Source of the DNA: Euprymna scolopes
Lineage: Eukaryota
Length of the DNA stretch: 64,000 nucleotides
Assembly (NCBI GenBank): GCA_053919585.1
Contig: CM132808.1
Reading direction: 5' to 3' (one strand)
The notes under the pieces: generated by a model
The model's input: the letters and a program-made list of their open reading frames with translations, nothing else
Told to the model about the DNA's origin: nothing
Database searches by the model: none
In this document: piece after piece, positions 63,686 through 64,000 of the stretch
How the letters are laid out: every line of letters begins with the position of its first letter
How positions within the stretch are numbered: the stretch's first letter is position 1
Made by a program: the position numbers and the translations under genes

Positions 63686-64000
63686 CTCAAAAAGGGGACG
63701 ACAAAAAAATGGTGAATGTGCGTTATTTTATTTCATTTTTAACTTGAGAATTATCAAAATTAAAAATCAAGAATAGAAATAGTAATATATGAGGTTCAGA
63801 ATTTGAAGTAGAAGTACAGAATGGGTTCTTATTCATTCCTAGCAAATCCAGGATATACCTCGATGGAGCTAAAATATCACTCCCCCCTCCTCCACTGAAT
63901 CAATCCTATATCCACTATATATATGTCATAAAATGTAAAAAGTAATAATATTAAGGTTGGTGCAAAAATAATGTCCTTTATATATATATATATATATATA

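Overview
This is an AT-rich, microsatellite-dense animal genomic window with about 15 short N blocks. The repeat style resembles cephalopod/mollusc genomes, but that is my inference. No intact protein-coding gene can be supported. Most ORFs in the track are microsatellite or N artefacts, or fragments of decayed transposons: CR1/L2-group LINEs, RTE, an R4/Dong-like RLE LINE, a Penelope-like element, two Tc1/mariner relics, non-autonomous Helitron-like elements, MITE/foldback elements, LTR-like relics and five 5S-rRNA-derived SINE heads. The main signal is RNA structure. By eye I find about 16 type I hammerhead ribozyme (HHR) motifs in about six distinct families. Three have every core nucleotide and all three helices intact (27069-27138, 36156-36200, 57984-58038; all on the minus strand). 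Two families place the HHR directly behind a tRNA-derived Pol III head, the architecture known from schistosome Sm-alpha. At five loci, HHR-bearing units form head-to-head inverted pairs with the ribozymes reading outward; the clearest is the divergent tRNA+HHR pair at 36108-36652. All structures were folded by eye and boundaries are approximate.
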